Source of the DNA: Octopus sinensis
Lineage: Eukaryota
Reading direction: 5' to 3'
DNA: 64,000 nucleotides
Assembly (NCBI RefSeq): GCF_006345805.1
Contig: NC_043014.1
Coordinates: 8,494,001 to 8,558,000, forward strand
Of this stretch, positions 43,039-56,519 are shown one piece after another. The notes under the pieces are model-generated. The model was not told where the DNA came from, ran no database searches, and was given only the letters and a program-made list of their open reading frames with translations. A program made the position numbers and the translations under genes. How positions within the stretch are numbered: the stretch's first letter is position 1; each line of letters starts with the position of its first letter.

Positions 43039-43752
43039 AAGTAGATAAATGAATTATCTTATTACGGATAATTCAAATGATAACCGATACCTGGGTAGCA
43101 AAAATCACAACAGAAAAAGCACGGTTGAGGTTACGACCATGGGGCCTAAAATCCGTGCCTTAGTGCGGAAATTTGAAGTTTTATATATTTAGTGTAGGAA
43201 GAAATGGAGCTGGACGATTTAACAAAATTTTGTTAAATCTTCGTTCAGCTCCATTTCTTCCTACACTAAATATATATATATATATATATATATACAACAG
43301 GCTTCTTTCAGTTTCTGTCTACCAAATCCACTCACAAGGCTTTGGTCGGCCCAAGGGCCACACAGTGGGACTGAACCCGGAACCATGTGGTTGGTAAACA
43401 AGCTACTTACCACACAGCCACTCCTGCACCTTTAATATATAGATAAATTATATAGATATTATTATTTCATGACAAAATCTAGAAATTATTTAATACTCTC
43501 TACTTCAGTTGGTATTTCCATTACTGACTACCAGCTGTTATGGTGGTAGACTTAACCAGTCACACAGTTTAACCTCACATTGGGTGCTTGTAGCTGACAT
43601 TTAAGTCAAGGCTCTGGTCTGAGAATAATTTCCTCCCAACTGTCTCAGAGGCTCTGGAAAGGTTCATGGCCCCTGCTTGCCCCACCCTGACTCTTAAAAG
43701 AAAGAATTTCCATCTAGCCTCAGTTATTTCCATAAACTCTCTCTGTCACTCA

Positions 43753-43787
<35 letters not shown>

Positions 43788-44656
43788 GTTTTTGAGAAAA
43801 ATGCTTGTAAAATTACTTGGCATTCTGACATTAATAATTACATTATTAATCTAAACTCTGCTAAATATAATCAGGGCTGGCTCCAAGTGAAGTATGCTTT
43901 GTTTCCCTTATAACAAGGAAGTAGGTGTTACTTGGTGACATATCTGTCAGTCTGGAAAAAAAAAAATTTTTTTAAATACAGAGAAGTTTCAGTTTTTTTT
44001 TTTTCTTTTTGTATATTTATCTTCATATTTTGATAATTCCAGATTCATGACAGAGCCTCTCCCAGCTTTTCTTATCTCACCACTATCGCATTATATTGAG
44101 GCAGTCCTAGATTTGCAAAAACTGTTTGAAATTATATTTGCTGTTGTTGGTACTAAAATACAACTAAAAGAAAATTTTTCAACATAGTTTTATAAGATAA
44201 ATGCTGTATATTTATAATTTTATTATGCTTATAAATAGCACCAAAAAATATGAAAATACATAGTATTAATATAGCAGATTATTTTATGTCATAACTCAGA
44301 AAATAATTGCTCTGACATCTATTTCTTCTACCGTCAATCAGTTTATCTCTGTTACCTCTGTATATTACTCTAATCAACTTACTACCAGTGGTACTAAAAC
44401 AGAGCGCATGTTGCTATATGTTGTACCTGGCTCTCAGTCAGTGCTCAGTTTTTGATGTTGGAGAGGTTACACATTCATAGAGCTAACCACATCCACTTTT
44501 GCCATTCAAAATGCATAAATATATATATATATATATGAAAGAAAAATGGTGTTCAGAATACTGGATAGTTGTAAAAATATATATTTATTTATATATCACA
44601 TATTATTTCTTCATATTAGCACTTTCAACTACTCCTGTAGTTTCATCATCAGATTT

Positions 44657-44694
44657 CTGATGAAACTACAGGAGGAGTTGAAAGCGCTAATATG
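44657..44694 (+). ncRNA. Hammerhead core in palindrome 44533-44773 (stem I weak)
   Basis: CTGATGA AACT-ACAGGAGG-AGTT GAAA GCGC TA ATATG. Confidence 0.5.
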
Positions 44695-46377
44695 AAGAAA
44701 TAATATGTGATATATAAATAAATATATATTTTTACAACTATCCAGCATTCTGAACACCTTTTTTCTTTCATATGTATTAAATCTGTACATCACCCCCAAT
44801 ACTTCTAACATATATATATAAATATATTAGAAGAAATGAGGTAATCAGAAGATCGGATGGTTTATATTTACAGATATTTATTTATATATTACGTTTTTTA
44901 TATATATATCATATCACTTAGACCATTAGCGCTTTCTCCCATTCTAGTGGGGTTTTCAAATCAAGTTGTATTTGAAAACCCCACTAGAATGGGAGAAAGC
45001 GCTAATGGTCTAAGTGATATGATATATATATAAAAAACGTAATATATAAATAAATATCTGTAAATATAAACCATCCGATCTTCTGATCACCTCATTTCTT
45101 CTAATATATAATACCTGTACATCACCCCCAATACTTCTAACATATATATATATATATATTCCTGGTTCACAATTATTTTTTTATAGAATATTATTTCTAA
45201 ATAAACCAACAACATCATCACTAACAGCAACACCAACAACAATAGAACATGAATTGCTTTATAGCTAGAAGTTTCTTACTATTTTTACATATTGGTATTT
45301 TCATATTTTCTCAAATACAATTCTTGTATCTACTCTAATTCCATGCCGTTCATTTTTTAAAACAAATTATGGTTGTGCTGAAGCTAAAGAACTAGAAACT
45401 ATTATAGTAGAAGGAGCTATGATTCCTTGTTTAAATAGTTGTGATATAAACAAAAACAGGGATCTTAACCCTTATTTTCGCTCACTACTCAGCACCTCAG
45501 CTGATCTATTTCTCCCACCTTTTTTTAAAATCCTTTTTTATTTTCCCCTTTATTCTTCAAATGTTAAATCATTTTAGTCCTTTGATCATGTTTTAATTAG
45601 AAATAAATTTTCTGTTTCCATCAAAATTTAATGAGATTATTATTATGGTTCTTTTATAATATTATTGCTAAGATTGATTCTAAAATCATTATTGTTGATA
45701 TTATAAAAGACATTCGACAAAATTTTGTGTTCCTTGAAAAAAAAAAAAGTATTTTTTTCTATGCGTATTCCTGAGTAAAGAAGGACTCTAGATTTTGAAT
45801 GAGAATATTTTGCCCCAGTATGGCCACAGTCTAATGACTGAAATAAGTAAAAGATAAAAGTAAAAAAATAAAAAGAAGCCTGGTTTAATTTTTTTTCCTT
45901 GCTGTTATCAAACTTTCAGTGAATCTTAAATTCAAATGAGAAGTTAGCATCTAGTATTATTTAGGACATGGAATCAACATATAGCACTTCTACTTCCGTG
46001 AGGATTATAATTATTGAATCTGTTTTGAGTTATACAGACATTTAAAACTCATATTTTCCAAAGAAATATATATCTCTGGTAGGCAAAAAGTCTGGTGGAT
46101 TCATCTAAGATGGGACTGGAGGATGTTTTGTACCTTTTAATATCTGACACAAAGATGTATCATCATCATCATATTCTATATCTGTTTCTGAAAAAAAACT
46201 ACAATAATAATATAGTGTATCTGCCAAAGAACATAAATAATATTATGCATTTTCTTTTGTCTTCTTTTATAACCAGTAAATATTACTTTTACAAAGAAAT
46301 GATATTACTATTACTCTGAAAATATAACCAGATAAGAATTATGTTAGTTAATTAGGGACTGACGGTTAAGAGTACTT

Positions 46378-46901
46378 TACTTGTACTTGTACTTGTGGCG
46401 ACATTCACCCTGGGCAGGTTGAGTCGGCTTCTTCTAGCACCCTCGAGGCATCTTGAACCATGGCAGCCCACGCACGACAGTCCTGTGCCAGTTCACTGGA
46501 GATAGCGAGCCAGTCATGGTTCCATCGGCGCAGGCCAACCACCTGCGGTCCCGTGAGCACGGAGAGGTCCTCCTTGATCGTTGTAACCTAGTCTTCAGCT
46601 GCCCGCCTGTGCGTTTCCACTAGTTGGGAAGTGAAGTTGGGAGAAGGACATTACGGCTCAGTTCACCCACCAGACGCCTACATGCATGGCCAAACCACTG
46701 CAAGTGTCGCTGCAGAAGGACAGATGGAAGGGGCCACAGAGACAGGCGAAGTCGGAGATTGGCGGTGGGAACTCGATCCACCCGACGGCAGCGAAGAATG
46801 CACCGGAAGCAGTCATTGTCAAAGACTTCCAGCCTTCGTTGATCGACCACCCGCATAAACCACGTTTCACAACCATAGAGAAGTACTGTACGAATGACAG
46901 C
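46378..46901 (-). mobile_element. RTE-clade LINE 3' fragment, (ACAAGT)n tail
   Basis: VLLYGCETW...LEVFDNDCFRCIL...LQWFGHACR. Confidence 0.85.
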
Positions 46902-47006
46902 CTGATATATTTAAGAGGGTTAAGAGTGTGTTAGATCTGATCTATGGACCAACAATATAAATCAATATGGGTGTGCTTTAGCATTCACTGTTAAGTTATA
47001 CTGTGG

Positions 47007-47335
47007 TTGACTTGACTTGACTTGTGGTGACATTCACCCTGGGTGGGAATATGTGGATTTCACAAGCGGTCCCCAACAATCCTGCATGTGGAGACATCCT
47101 GTTTGCCGCAGATTGTCCACAGACGCAGGGACAGAACGACCAAGGAGCCACCGGTTGCCGAAACAGACACTCCGAGGATTTTCACCAGAGCCCTGTCTGC
47201 CGGGTTGTGGCCCTAATACCACTCAGTGTCAGACCAATCCGCCTTGGGTGGCCCTACCAGGAACCGAAGTTCCCGACGGCATAGCTCTGACACTACCTGT
47301 TGCCAGCGTCCCCACCACGGTGAGGAGGGGATGGA
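47007..47335 (-). mobile_element. Short non-autonomous element sharing its 3' end with the adjacent RTE
   Basis: CCCAGGGTGAATGTC(A/G)CCACAAGT terminus shared with the 46378 element; (CAAGT)n tail; non-coding GC-rich body. Confidence 0.65.
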
Positions 47336-48812
47336 CTTTGAGATATGTTGAGTGTGTGGAGACATATATTTAAATAAATTAGAAAGACCTCTCTTCTGTA
47401 CCGTTTATTCCACTGCTTTCTAATCTAAATCTCCATGCCCCATAATTCTCTTAGCAAAATCTTCAAGATTTCATGCATGGTTTATGAAATCAGTAATGAA
47501 ATACGCTTTGTAAAAAAAAACAAAAATAAATGAAAATAAAATAAAATGAAATAAAATAAAAATAAAAGTAACCCACTAGTAGATCATATTGCTTTATGTA
47601 TGTATTGCAGTTTCTGACTGTAGCTGAAACAAAGTGACTTGTAGGCTTTGACTGTTAGGCACGTTTATTTTTAATGGTCATTTTGTTTTTTTTACTATAT
47701 TGTTGATTAGTAATAATCTGAAATTCTAATCAAATTGATATTCAGGATTGAATGTCATCAAGAAGTTTAGCATTTATAGTAATAACCATTTATTTATTGT
47801 TAAGTATTTTAATGTATTAATATAATGTATTAATATAAAAATGGTGAAATTATAACACTAAACCAAGACATACTGTATGATTCAATGGTAGCAGAGGTCC
47901 TGCTACCAAAAGTAACATATCAATAAGGCCTGCTTTTAACAATTTGAACAACTCACCCTGTCTACAGGGGCAGAATCTGGCCAGTTTATAAGATAAAGGA
48001 GGCTTAAAGAGAATAGAAAAGTCAAAACAAAGTTACCTTATTCTGTGGATAAAAAAAAAAATTGTTTATAAAGATATTTTCAAATATTTTGCTTAGATTT
48101 TAAAATTGAAATACTCAATGGTTTCATTGTTGTTATTATTATTACTATTATTTTTTTTCATTTATAAGAAAGAAATATAAAAGAAATTTGAAAAAAAAAA
48201 AATTTTTAATATATATTGAATTCTGAAGAATAAAAAGCAAATTACAAACAATTGTGTAAATGAATTTTGTTTCATTTATTTGTTTTTAATTGTAATATAA
48301 TTACTATTTTTTTTTCTTTCTTGTTCTAAACTTCCTATTATGCAAATTTAACTTTAATTCCACAAAGTAGCAACGAAAGTTTTTTTTTAAATATTTTCTT
48401 TCAAATACATCACATTAACTTTCAACTTTGGGTTCAAAATAACTCTCAGAATATCACACAATTTCCTCACCACTCCTAAGTTATGTATTCCCCTGGACAG
48501 AAGACATCATGGTAGCGTTTCCCTCCTTGAATGTATGGTATAGTTCTTTGATCAGGAGACACTACACTAGTGTTTATCTTTGGGCTCACGTTTCCTTATG
48601 CTGAATACATCCCCTAGTCATCATCATTGAATATACAGTTCAGTGGTCTGTAGACCTCACAGATCTTTTAAAATATTATTATTCTGCCGAGGTCAACTTT
48701 GCCTTTCATCCTTTTGGGATCAATTAAATAAGTACCAGTTATGCACTGGGGTCGATGTAATCGACTTAATCCCTTCCACCAAATTTGAGGCCTTGTGCTT
48801 CCAATAAAAAGG

Positions 48813-48845
<33 letters not shown>

Positions 48846-50039
48846 GTTACAATTTAATTTAGCTGTTACTTTTGATATAATTTTAGTTCAGTTTACAAAC
48901 TCAATCATTGTTACAAGAGCAGTGAGTTGACAATACGGTAGAGAATCAGACTAAATGCCTTATTGTATTTAGTTTTATCTCTCTACATTCTGAGTTCAAA
49001 TCCTGCCAAGTCTGGCTTGTCTTTCATCCCTTTGGGGGTTTCTTTTACAAAAGTTTTCTTTACAAAATTTTGCTTGTGTCTACAAGAGATTAATTATTAT
49101 TACAAAAGTGCATTTTTTTTTTTTTGACATTTACATTTATTTAAAAAATTTTGTTCTTGTTTGGAAACTAAATAATTTCATATATGGAATCTAATTATAT
49201 ATTTTATAATTTATTGCATATAACGAAGAAGAAAGGATATAAGCACAAATTTATTGGTTGTCAAGCTAGACAACTTATGAAAAAAATTGTACTCTTGGGA
49301 TAAGTACATATTGTGTACAAAACTCAATCATTGCAATAACACACACACACACACAATAACAAATACACACACACACGAATCAAGCTATACACATGTGCAC
49401 ACAAACACACACGTATCTAATAAAATATAGCTCCTAGATGGGAACCAGATATTCTCCATATAGAATACAGTTCGTAATGCTCAAGAGATTTAAACTTGAG
49501 TGGGTATGTCTAATAAAATATGAACAATTATGTATAAAGAACTGATACAACAGAGACAGTGAAGGACTATGACTTTATAGAAAAAAATATAACTGCATCA
49601 TCTTCATAGCATAGCAAAAATCTAATTGACTTAATAAATATCCCCAATCAATAATTTCAGACCGATACCCACTAAACTTCAACAGTAGCATTCTAAAGAA
49701 CAGAAAAATCACTTTCAAGTTAAAAAAAAAAAAAGCAAATATTTACAACTTTTATTTTGTCCCGAACAAAAAAAAAAAAAAGAAAAGAAAAAAAAAACAG
49801 AAAAAGAAAAAAATTCCATTCCCAAAACTGAAAACGAATTGTGATGTTCAATAATTGTTGATCTTTTTTCTTCCCAATTTGTAAATTTTGTTGCCATAGA
49901 CTTGACACTTTTACCATCACATCATTTGTAAAGATTTCAAATTTCTTTATCAAAAATTCAAATAAATGTATTATAAAAGCTTCAAGGGATTTTGTTTCTT
50001 TTATTATTATTATTATTATTTTATGTATCTGTTTAGTTA

Positions 50040-50345
50040 TTAAAATAATAATGAAATTATTGTATACAGTGCTCAGGTGCACCACAACTTGTCAGAGTAT
50101 ATGCAGTAATGTACAAATGTCTGGAAAGCAAACAATGCATGAGTCAGATACATGCTTGTGTGTGCATGGAGGGGAGAAAATCAGGTGTAGTGTTGGTGAA
50201 TCTCAGAAAGCATGGAAGTTTTGAAGGATGCAGTGCTCCGACAACTAACAACTGATGCTGGCAGTTTGTTCCATGCTTCAGCAACTCTCAGCGTGAAAAA
50301 ATGTTTCCTGAAGTCATGGGAGCTGTGCTGTTTTCTGACTTTTGA
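50040..50345 (-). mobile_element. Short 5'-truncated copy of the same CR1
   Basis: Same 3'UTR and KVRKQHSSHDFRKHFFTLRV. Confidence 0.88.
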
Positions 50346-51819
50346 CTTTATTCTTTTACTGTTTTCTGTGATTGAACTGTAGTCTTGCCGGAATTCTGCC
50401 TTGTTGGGTTTGTTAAGTGAATCAATACCAGAACTTATACTATTGTTGTTGTATCTGTAGCAAAGAAGTACTGGGTGCACGTAAAATGCACCATCCGATT
50501 GTGGCCGTTGCCAGCCTCATCTGGCCCCCGTGCCAGTGGCATGTTAAAAAGCACCATCCGATCGTGGCCGTTTGCCGGCCTCGCCTGGCACCTGTCCAGG
50601 TGGCACGTAAAAAGCCCCCACTACACTCACGGAGTGGTTGGCGTTAGGAAGGGCATCCAGCCGTAGAAACATTGCCAGATCAGACTGGGGCCTGGTGCAG
50701 CCTTCTGGCTTCCCAGACCCCAGTTGAACCGTCCAACCCATGCCAGCATGGAAAGCGGACACTAAACGATGATGATGATGATGATGATGTACTGTAGAGT
50801 GTTTGGGCTAAATTTCATGATTTTTTTTATGTCTCCTTTTTGCAGGTACAGCTTGATGTATTGGTGAATAGACAGCAGCATTGGAAAGCATAAAGATTGA
50901 AGTCAAGAAAAAGTTAGCTGACTCAGAGGACTAAAAGCCATCAGGATATTGGAAAAGAGTTGCCTGTATCATAAGGATTTGCACTGGGTATCAAAATGCC
51001 AACATCATGACCGCTGTGCCATGCTTTGTGAACACTGAAACGGCTGTAAGGCATGACACGGACATCATGCAAACTAAATTCGCTCAAACTGCTATAATCA
51101 TTAAGTGCGTTTCCACTGATGATGGCACCATGCCATTTCATAAGGCGGCGGGCTGGCAGAAACGTTAGAACGTCGGGCAAAATGCTTAGCGGTATTTCGT
51201 CTGCTGTTACGTTGTGAGTTCAAATTCCGCCGAGGTCAACTTTACGTTTCATCCTTTCGGGGTCGATAAATTAAGTACCAGTTGCACACTGGGGGTCGAT
51301 GTAATCGACTTAATCCATTTGTCTGTCCTTGTTTGTTCCCTGTGTTTTGCCCTTTGTGGGTAATAAAGAAATAGGTACCATGCCACCTCACATCTTTGAA
51401 CTAGGCCTTAGACTCAATTCAGACAGCTATGTGAAGCTGCTGAAGACTGTGGTCAAACTCTGGTTGGAGAGGGTTGCTGCTTGAAGGTCACATGTGTGAC
51501 AGCAGAATTCAGCTCTGATTGTCAGAGAATTTCTCCAACTTCACCACCGGCATTGCGTGGATAGTACAAAATACAAGAGAGAGAGCTGCATGTGGATCGG
51601 ACTGTTTACAACATAACTTTGAACAATCGAAGACTGGACATGAAATTCTTTGGATATTAACTTATTTGCAAATGGATTGCTAAAATATCAAATATATCCT
51701 TTAATTGACTTATATAAAATGCCTTTGGGTTTCATAATTTCATCTTTGAATGTTAATTCACTGATTTTACAATTCTGTTGTTGCGTTCAGAAGTTCACCC
51801 CTTTTATACTGAAGAATTT

Positions 51820-54800
51820 ATAATATAATATAATGAAATTATTGTATACAGTGCTTAGGTGCACCACAACTTGTCAAACAGTGCATATAAAGCACATGCA
51901 GTAATGTACAAATGTCTGGAAAGCAAACAATGCATGAGTCAGATACATGCTTGTGTGTGCATGGAGGGGAGAAAATCAGGTGTAGTGTTGGCGAATCTCA
52001 GGAAGCATGGAAGTTTTGAAGGATGCAGTGCTCCGACAACTAACAACTGATGCCGGCAGTTTGTTCCATGCTTCAGCAACTCTCAGCGTGAAAAAATGTT
52101 CCCTGAAGTCATGGGAGCTGTGCTGTTTTCTGACTTTGTAAATAAGTCCACGGGTGTTAGATGGGTGGAGTTTGAAAAGGTGCTCAGAGTTATTGTTTGT
52201 ACAATGGTTGATAATTTTATGGGTGTCTGCCAAGTCAGCTGCCAGACATCGGAGTTTCAATGTGTCCATGCCCAGGGATGTAAGGCGTTCAGAATATGGC
52301 AAATGCCTGATGGAGGGTATTCTTTTGGTTGCACGTTGCTGAACGGCTTCCAGACGATTGATATCCTGGGCAAGATAGGGGTTCCAGACCGGTGATGCAA
52401 ATTCCAGGTGAGGTCTTACCATAGCTATATAAAGCCGCAGATAGATAGTCAGAGAGCAGCTCACAAAGGATTTGGTGACTGATGCCAAGACACCCTCAGC
52501 CTTCTTGACAATTTTTGCGATGTGTTTTGTCCAACGCAAATCACTGTCGACAATAACACCCAGGTCACGTTCACATGAAGACTTTTTGGACTAGTGTTGT
52601 GGAGGGAGTAGGTGGACGCTGGGTTTCTCCTCCCAAAATGCATGGTCGTACATTTGTCCACAGCCAGCTTGAGTTGCCAGTCCATGATCCACTGCTGCAT
52701 TGTGTCCAGGTCTGCTTGCAATAGAGATCTATAGTGTACAGGATCTGACCTCTTTATTTCAAGGTACAGCTTGATGTCATCTGCATATTTCAGCACTGTG
52801 GCATTCTTTAAGTTGGCATCTATGTCATTAACATATGCAAAAAATAAAAGGGGGCCAAGAACAGATCCCTGTGGTAAACCAGATGTCATCTCATAGGGCG
52901 AAGAGTGCTGTCCTAGAACTGTGACAACCTCTTTTTGGACGAAAATAAAGGACTTCAACCAGTTATAGAGTTTGTCTCTTACACCCAACGCAGAGAGCTT
53001 CACCATAAGTCTTTTGTGTGGCACAGAGTTAAAAACCTTTGCAAAGTCCAGGTAAACAACATCCACCCAGGATCCGCGATCAGTGATTTGGGTAATGTCC
53101 TCAAGAAACTCGATGAGTTGATTACAGCAGCTGGAGTTAGGAATAAATCCAAATTGTGACGGCTGGATGAGGCTGTGAGACTTCCAGAAGTTCCAGAGGG
53201 TTTCCCTGACACAGGATTCCATCAGCTTGGCGATGCAGCTAGTAAGACTAACGGGGTGATAGTTGACTGGCGATGTGCGGTCGCCTTTTTTTAACAGAGG
53301 GATAACACTGGCAGTTTTCCACTGTTCTGGAGTAACACCATTGTCAAGACAGAATTGGAAGAATAGAGAAAGTTGGCTTAGAAGAAAGTACCCACCGCAT
53401 TTGAGAAGTAGGTATGTAACACCATCGAGACCAGGAGAGGCATAGTTGCGTTTATTCTTAAGGTGGCGTTGTAGCATTGGTGTAAATTGCATAGTAGATA
53501 TAGAGTCCGATGTCAGTGGTGATGAAGATGGAACATTTTGGTCTTCGACAGTAAAGATGCCGGCATAGCATCCAGCAATGATTTCTGCACATTCTTCGGG
53601 ATTGCCAGTAATCTGTCCTGTGTGGGGATTGCAAAGGGGACAACTGGAGAGTGGGGTCTCTGCTTTGAGTGCACATACTTCCAGAACACTTTGCTGTCAG
53701 GGTTAGTTGCAATGCGTTGTTCAAATTCAAGCACTGCCTTTTTTGTCACCTGCTTGAGGTGGTTGGCTGACCTATTATGCTTTTTCCTGTTGCTCTCTGA
53801 TTTGTGCAATTTGTATTCCTGTTCAGCATTACGGCATTCTTTCCTGGCAAGTCGGACTGCTGCAGTCTCCCAAATTGCACTATTGGGTGGTTTTTTGTGC
53901 TTGCGTGGTACTGATGCTGCACATGCCGCCCATATTGAATTCAGAATGTTCTGGAGTATAGTGTCTACATCTCCAGAGGCATAAAATTCGAGCCAGTTTG
54001 GGCGTTGCAGCTCAGTACAATAAGAGCTCCAGTCAAAGCGGGCAGTCTGAAGATGGTTGTGTTTTTTGTTACAACCAATCAGAGACAAGTCAGCCATGAT
54101 CATGGAATGATCAGAGTTACCTAAAGGTTCTTCAGTAGTGACACTAATGATTGTTTCAGGAGAAGCGGTAAGTAGTAGATCCAAAGTGTTGTTGCCCCTT
54201 ATGGGGGAGGTAACGACTTGGGACCAATTTGAATTCAGCACCAGTTCAAGGAAATCGTCTGCACTTTGCGGCCAACGGAAGGCCTCCCAGTCAATCTCAG
54301 GGAAATTGAAGTCGCCCGCAATATAAACATACACGGCTGTTTTCATGGCAGCAGCTCTGAGGATATCAAAAAGCGGTGCGTCTTGACGATAATTTTTTTT
54401 TTCGGGGGGGGGTAAACAACTCCGAGCAGAAGTGTTGACATGGTCATGTGTATATTGCAGAAAAATACTTCCTGCTGAGATTGGTTCAAATCATCACAGG
54501 GGATTGCCGATAGATTTGATTGAACATAAATCATCACACCCCCTCCACAGCGATTAATGCAGTCTTTGCGGAACAGGTTGTAGCCGGCTATGCTGAAAAC
54601 TCCATCACTGAGTGCAGAGTGTGCCCATGTTTCCGTGACTGTGATGAAATCTGGGTTGATACTTTTGATGTAGGAGTCAAAAAGATGCACCTTGTTGCAT
54701 AAACTACGGGCATTCAAGGACAGCAGTTTGTATCTGGATTTCAGATGATGATATACAGGGGATGGCTGATTGTTCTTGGTTAGTTTTCCAAGATTTTTGT

Positions 54801-55985
54801 ATTGCCAGTTGTTGTTGTGGGTGCAGTTTGCTCAGTCCAACTGATATCCCTTATCCACGACTCACCAGACTTGACAAATTACCAGATTTGCCCATCATTG
54901 CGGAGGCTAAAACTCTCCTGTGACACAGAGTTGCAATTTAGGGAAGCTACAGATCTTAGCTTTGGGCATACATCAGGTGGGAGGCCAGGACGTGTTCTAA
55001 AGTTGATTATGTTGTCACGTCGAGCTCTATCAGCAGCCAGATGGAATGTCCACGCCTCAGTAAAGTTTGTAAACATCAGCCTGGGTTTGGATCCTGGTCG
55101 GCCAAGGCAGAAAGCACTTTTTTGGGGGGACACAGCTGAGGTCCTTAGATGTGTTTCCAATGAATGCCTGCAGATCTACCACATCTTCTGGCACTCCGAT
55201 GGCTATTAATTCATGAGTGGCTGGTTCAGCAACTCCCTCGATGCGTTGAGGTTCCGTACAAGCTACATGTAGGTTGCTGAGCAAGGCATTCCAATATGAC
55301 CCCTCGCTGTGAGTTTTCGTACAAACACTAGTTCTGATTCCTGCTATTTCACGACTCAAAGCAGAAATCAATCGTCTAATTTCTGCAACTTCTGTGCTGA
55401 TGGTCGATTTCTGCTCTAATTGAGAAGTATCAGGAGAGGAGGGCATGGTTGGCTTTTGTTCCTGCTGATGTACTTCAGCTGGAATGATCAATTTTTGTTG
55501 TCGAAGAGCAATAGGGGAGGAAGACACAGGGGGCTTAAGTTTCTGTTTTTGTTGATGTTCTTCAACATGAATGACCGATTTTTGTTGCTGCTGTTGAAGA
55601 GTGACAGGGGGGGAAGACATGGGCGGATTCAGTTTTTGTTGTTGTTCTTCATCAACAGGACTGGTTTTGGGAGACAAAGTAGTCGGTTTTTGCTGTTCAG
55701 CAGCAATGGTGGCAGGGGACACACAAGTCAGGCACTGAAACGACCAGTTTGGTAGCTGGACCATTTCCCAGAGTTTATCCGTCATAGAAGTATGGTGTCC
55801 TTTCTTTTGACCTGGGATCTTCTGAAAGTTTGTGGCACATTGAAAGCAGATCGAAACACGACATTTACTGCATTCAACCCATCTGTTTCGGAAGGAATTT
55901 TCGAGTTTTGTGCATAGATGACAGATGAAATTTCTTGGCGATTTTCTAGGAGCTTAAAAAGCACATGTTGATCAGAGGCGGCCGT
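51820..55985 (-). mobile_element. Near-full-length CR1-clade LINE (ORF1 PHD-like finger plus RRM-like region; ORF2 APE endonuclease plus RT), several frameshifts
   Basis: LNARSL, TETW, GDFN, LDLLLT, SDH (endonuclease). SPGLDG, QFGF, YLDFAK, PQGSVLGPLLF, YADD (RT). FFTLRVAEAWNKLP C-terminus; degenerate ATT tail. Confidence 0.93.
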
Positions 55986-56126
55986 TCAATATTAATATAT
56001 TATTGTGACTAGAAGTGAAATAACTTGGCAAAATAAGAATGCAAATTATCCTATCTTTCTTACAAAGCTTCTCTTAATCTTTTTCGTTCAACAGAATTTC
56101 TACGGGTTCCATAAATAAAGATAACC

Positions 56127-56519
56127 TCTCTATATATAAAGCTGAAGTTGTCTGTGTGTGGCAGGTTTGGTAGCCTTCAACAAACACTATCTCCTCCGAG
56201 ATCCTGCGGCGCAAGTTGACCAAAATTGAGAGTATGATAGAAGAAGGCTTGCTCTTCATTCCGTAGAAGAAAAAATTCAAATCGGACCATGTTAACACCA
56301 AAAATTATTTACATCAAACAGGTGCTTTTTTTTTCTATGAAAATCCCTATTTTTTACCATTTTTTCACTGCTGTGTTGCCATTTTTCGGTATATTTCAAC
56401 CAGAAAAATGTGCACCTAAAGATAAATAACAAGCTACATAATGCAAAATTTTTACTTTTCAAAAATTCCAATTCTAAAGGGTCGAAACAAACCCGAGCAA
56501 TGCCGGGCAATACTGCTAG
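56127..56519 (+). mobile_element. Non-autonomous Helitron (partial 5' copy about 11445-11525)
   Basis: 5' TC start, 3' hairpin CCCG-AGCAATGC-CGGG then CTAG. Confidence 0.7.

Noticed and set aside
50181-50480. 99-aa ORF fusing unique sequence to the CR1 C-terminus
   Set aside because: Chance read-through across a 5'-truncation junction.
50845-50900. Acceptor-like TTTTGCAG followed by a short open frame
   Set aside because: Stops after 15 codons, has no recognisable homology and no partner exon.
51115-51142. CTGATGA-TGGCA-CCA-TGCCA
   Set aside because: Followed by TTTC rather than GAAA.
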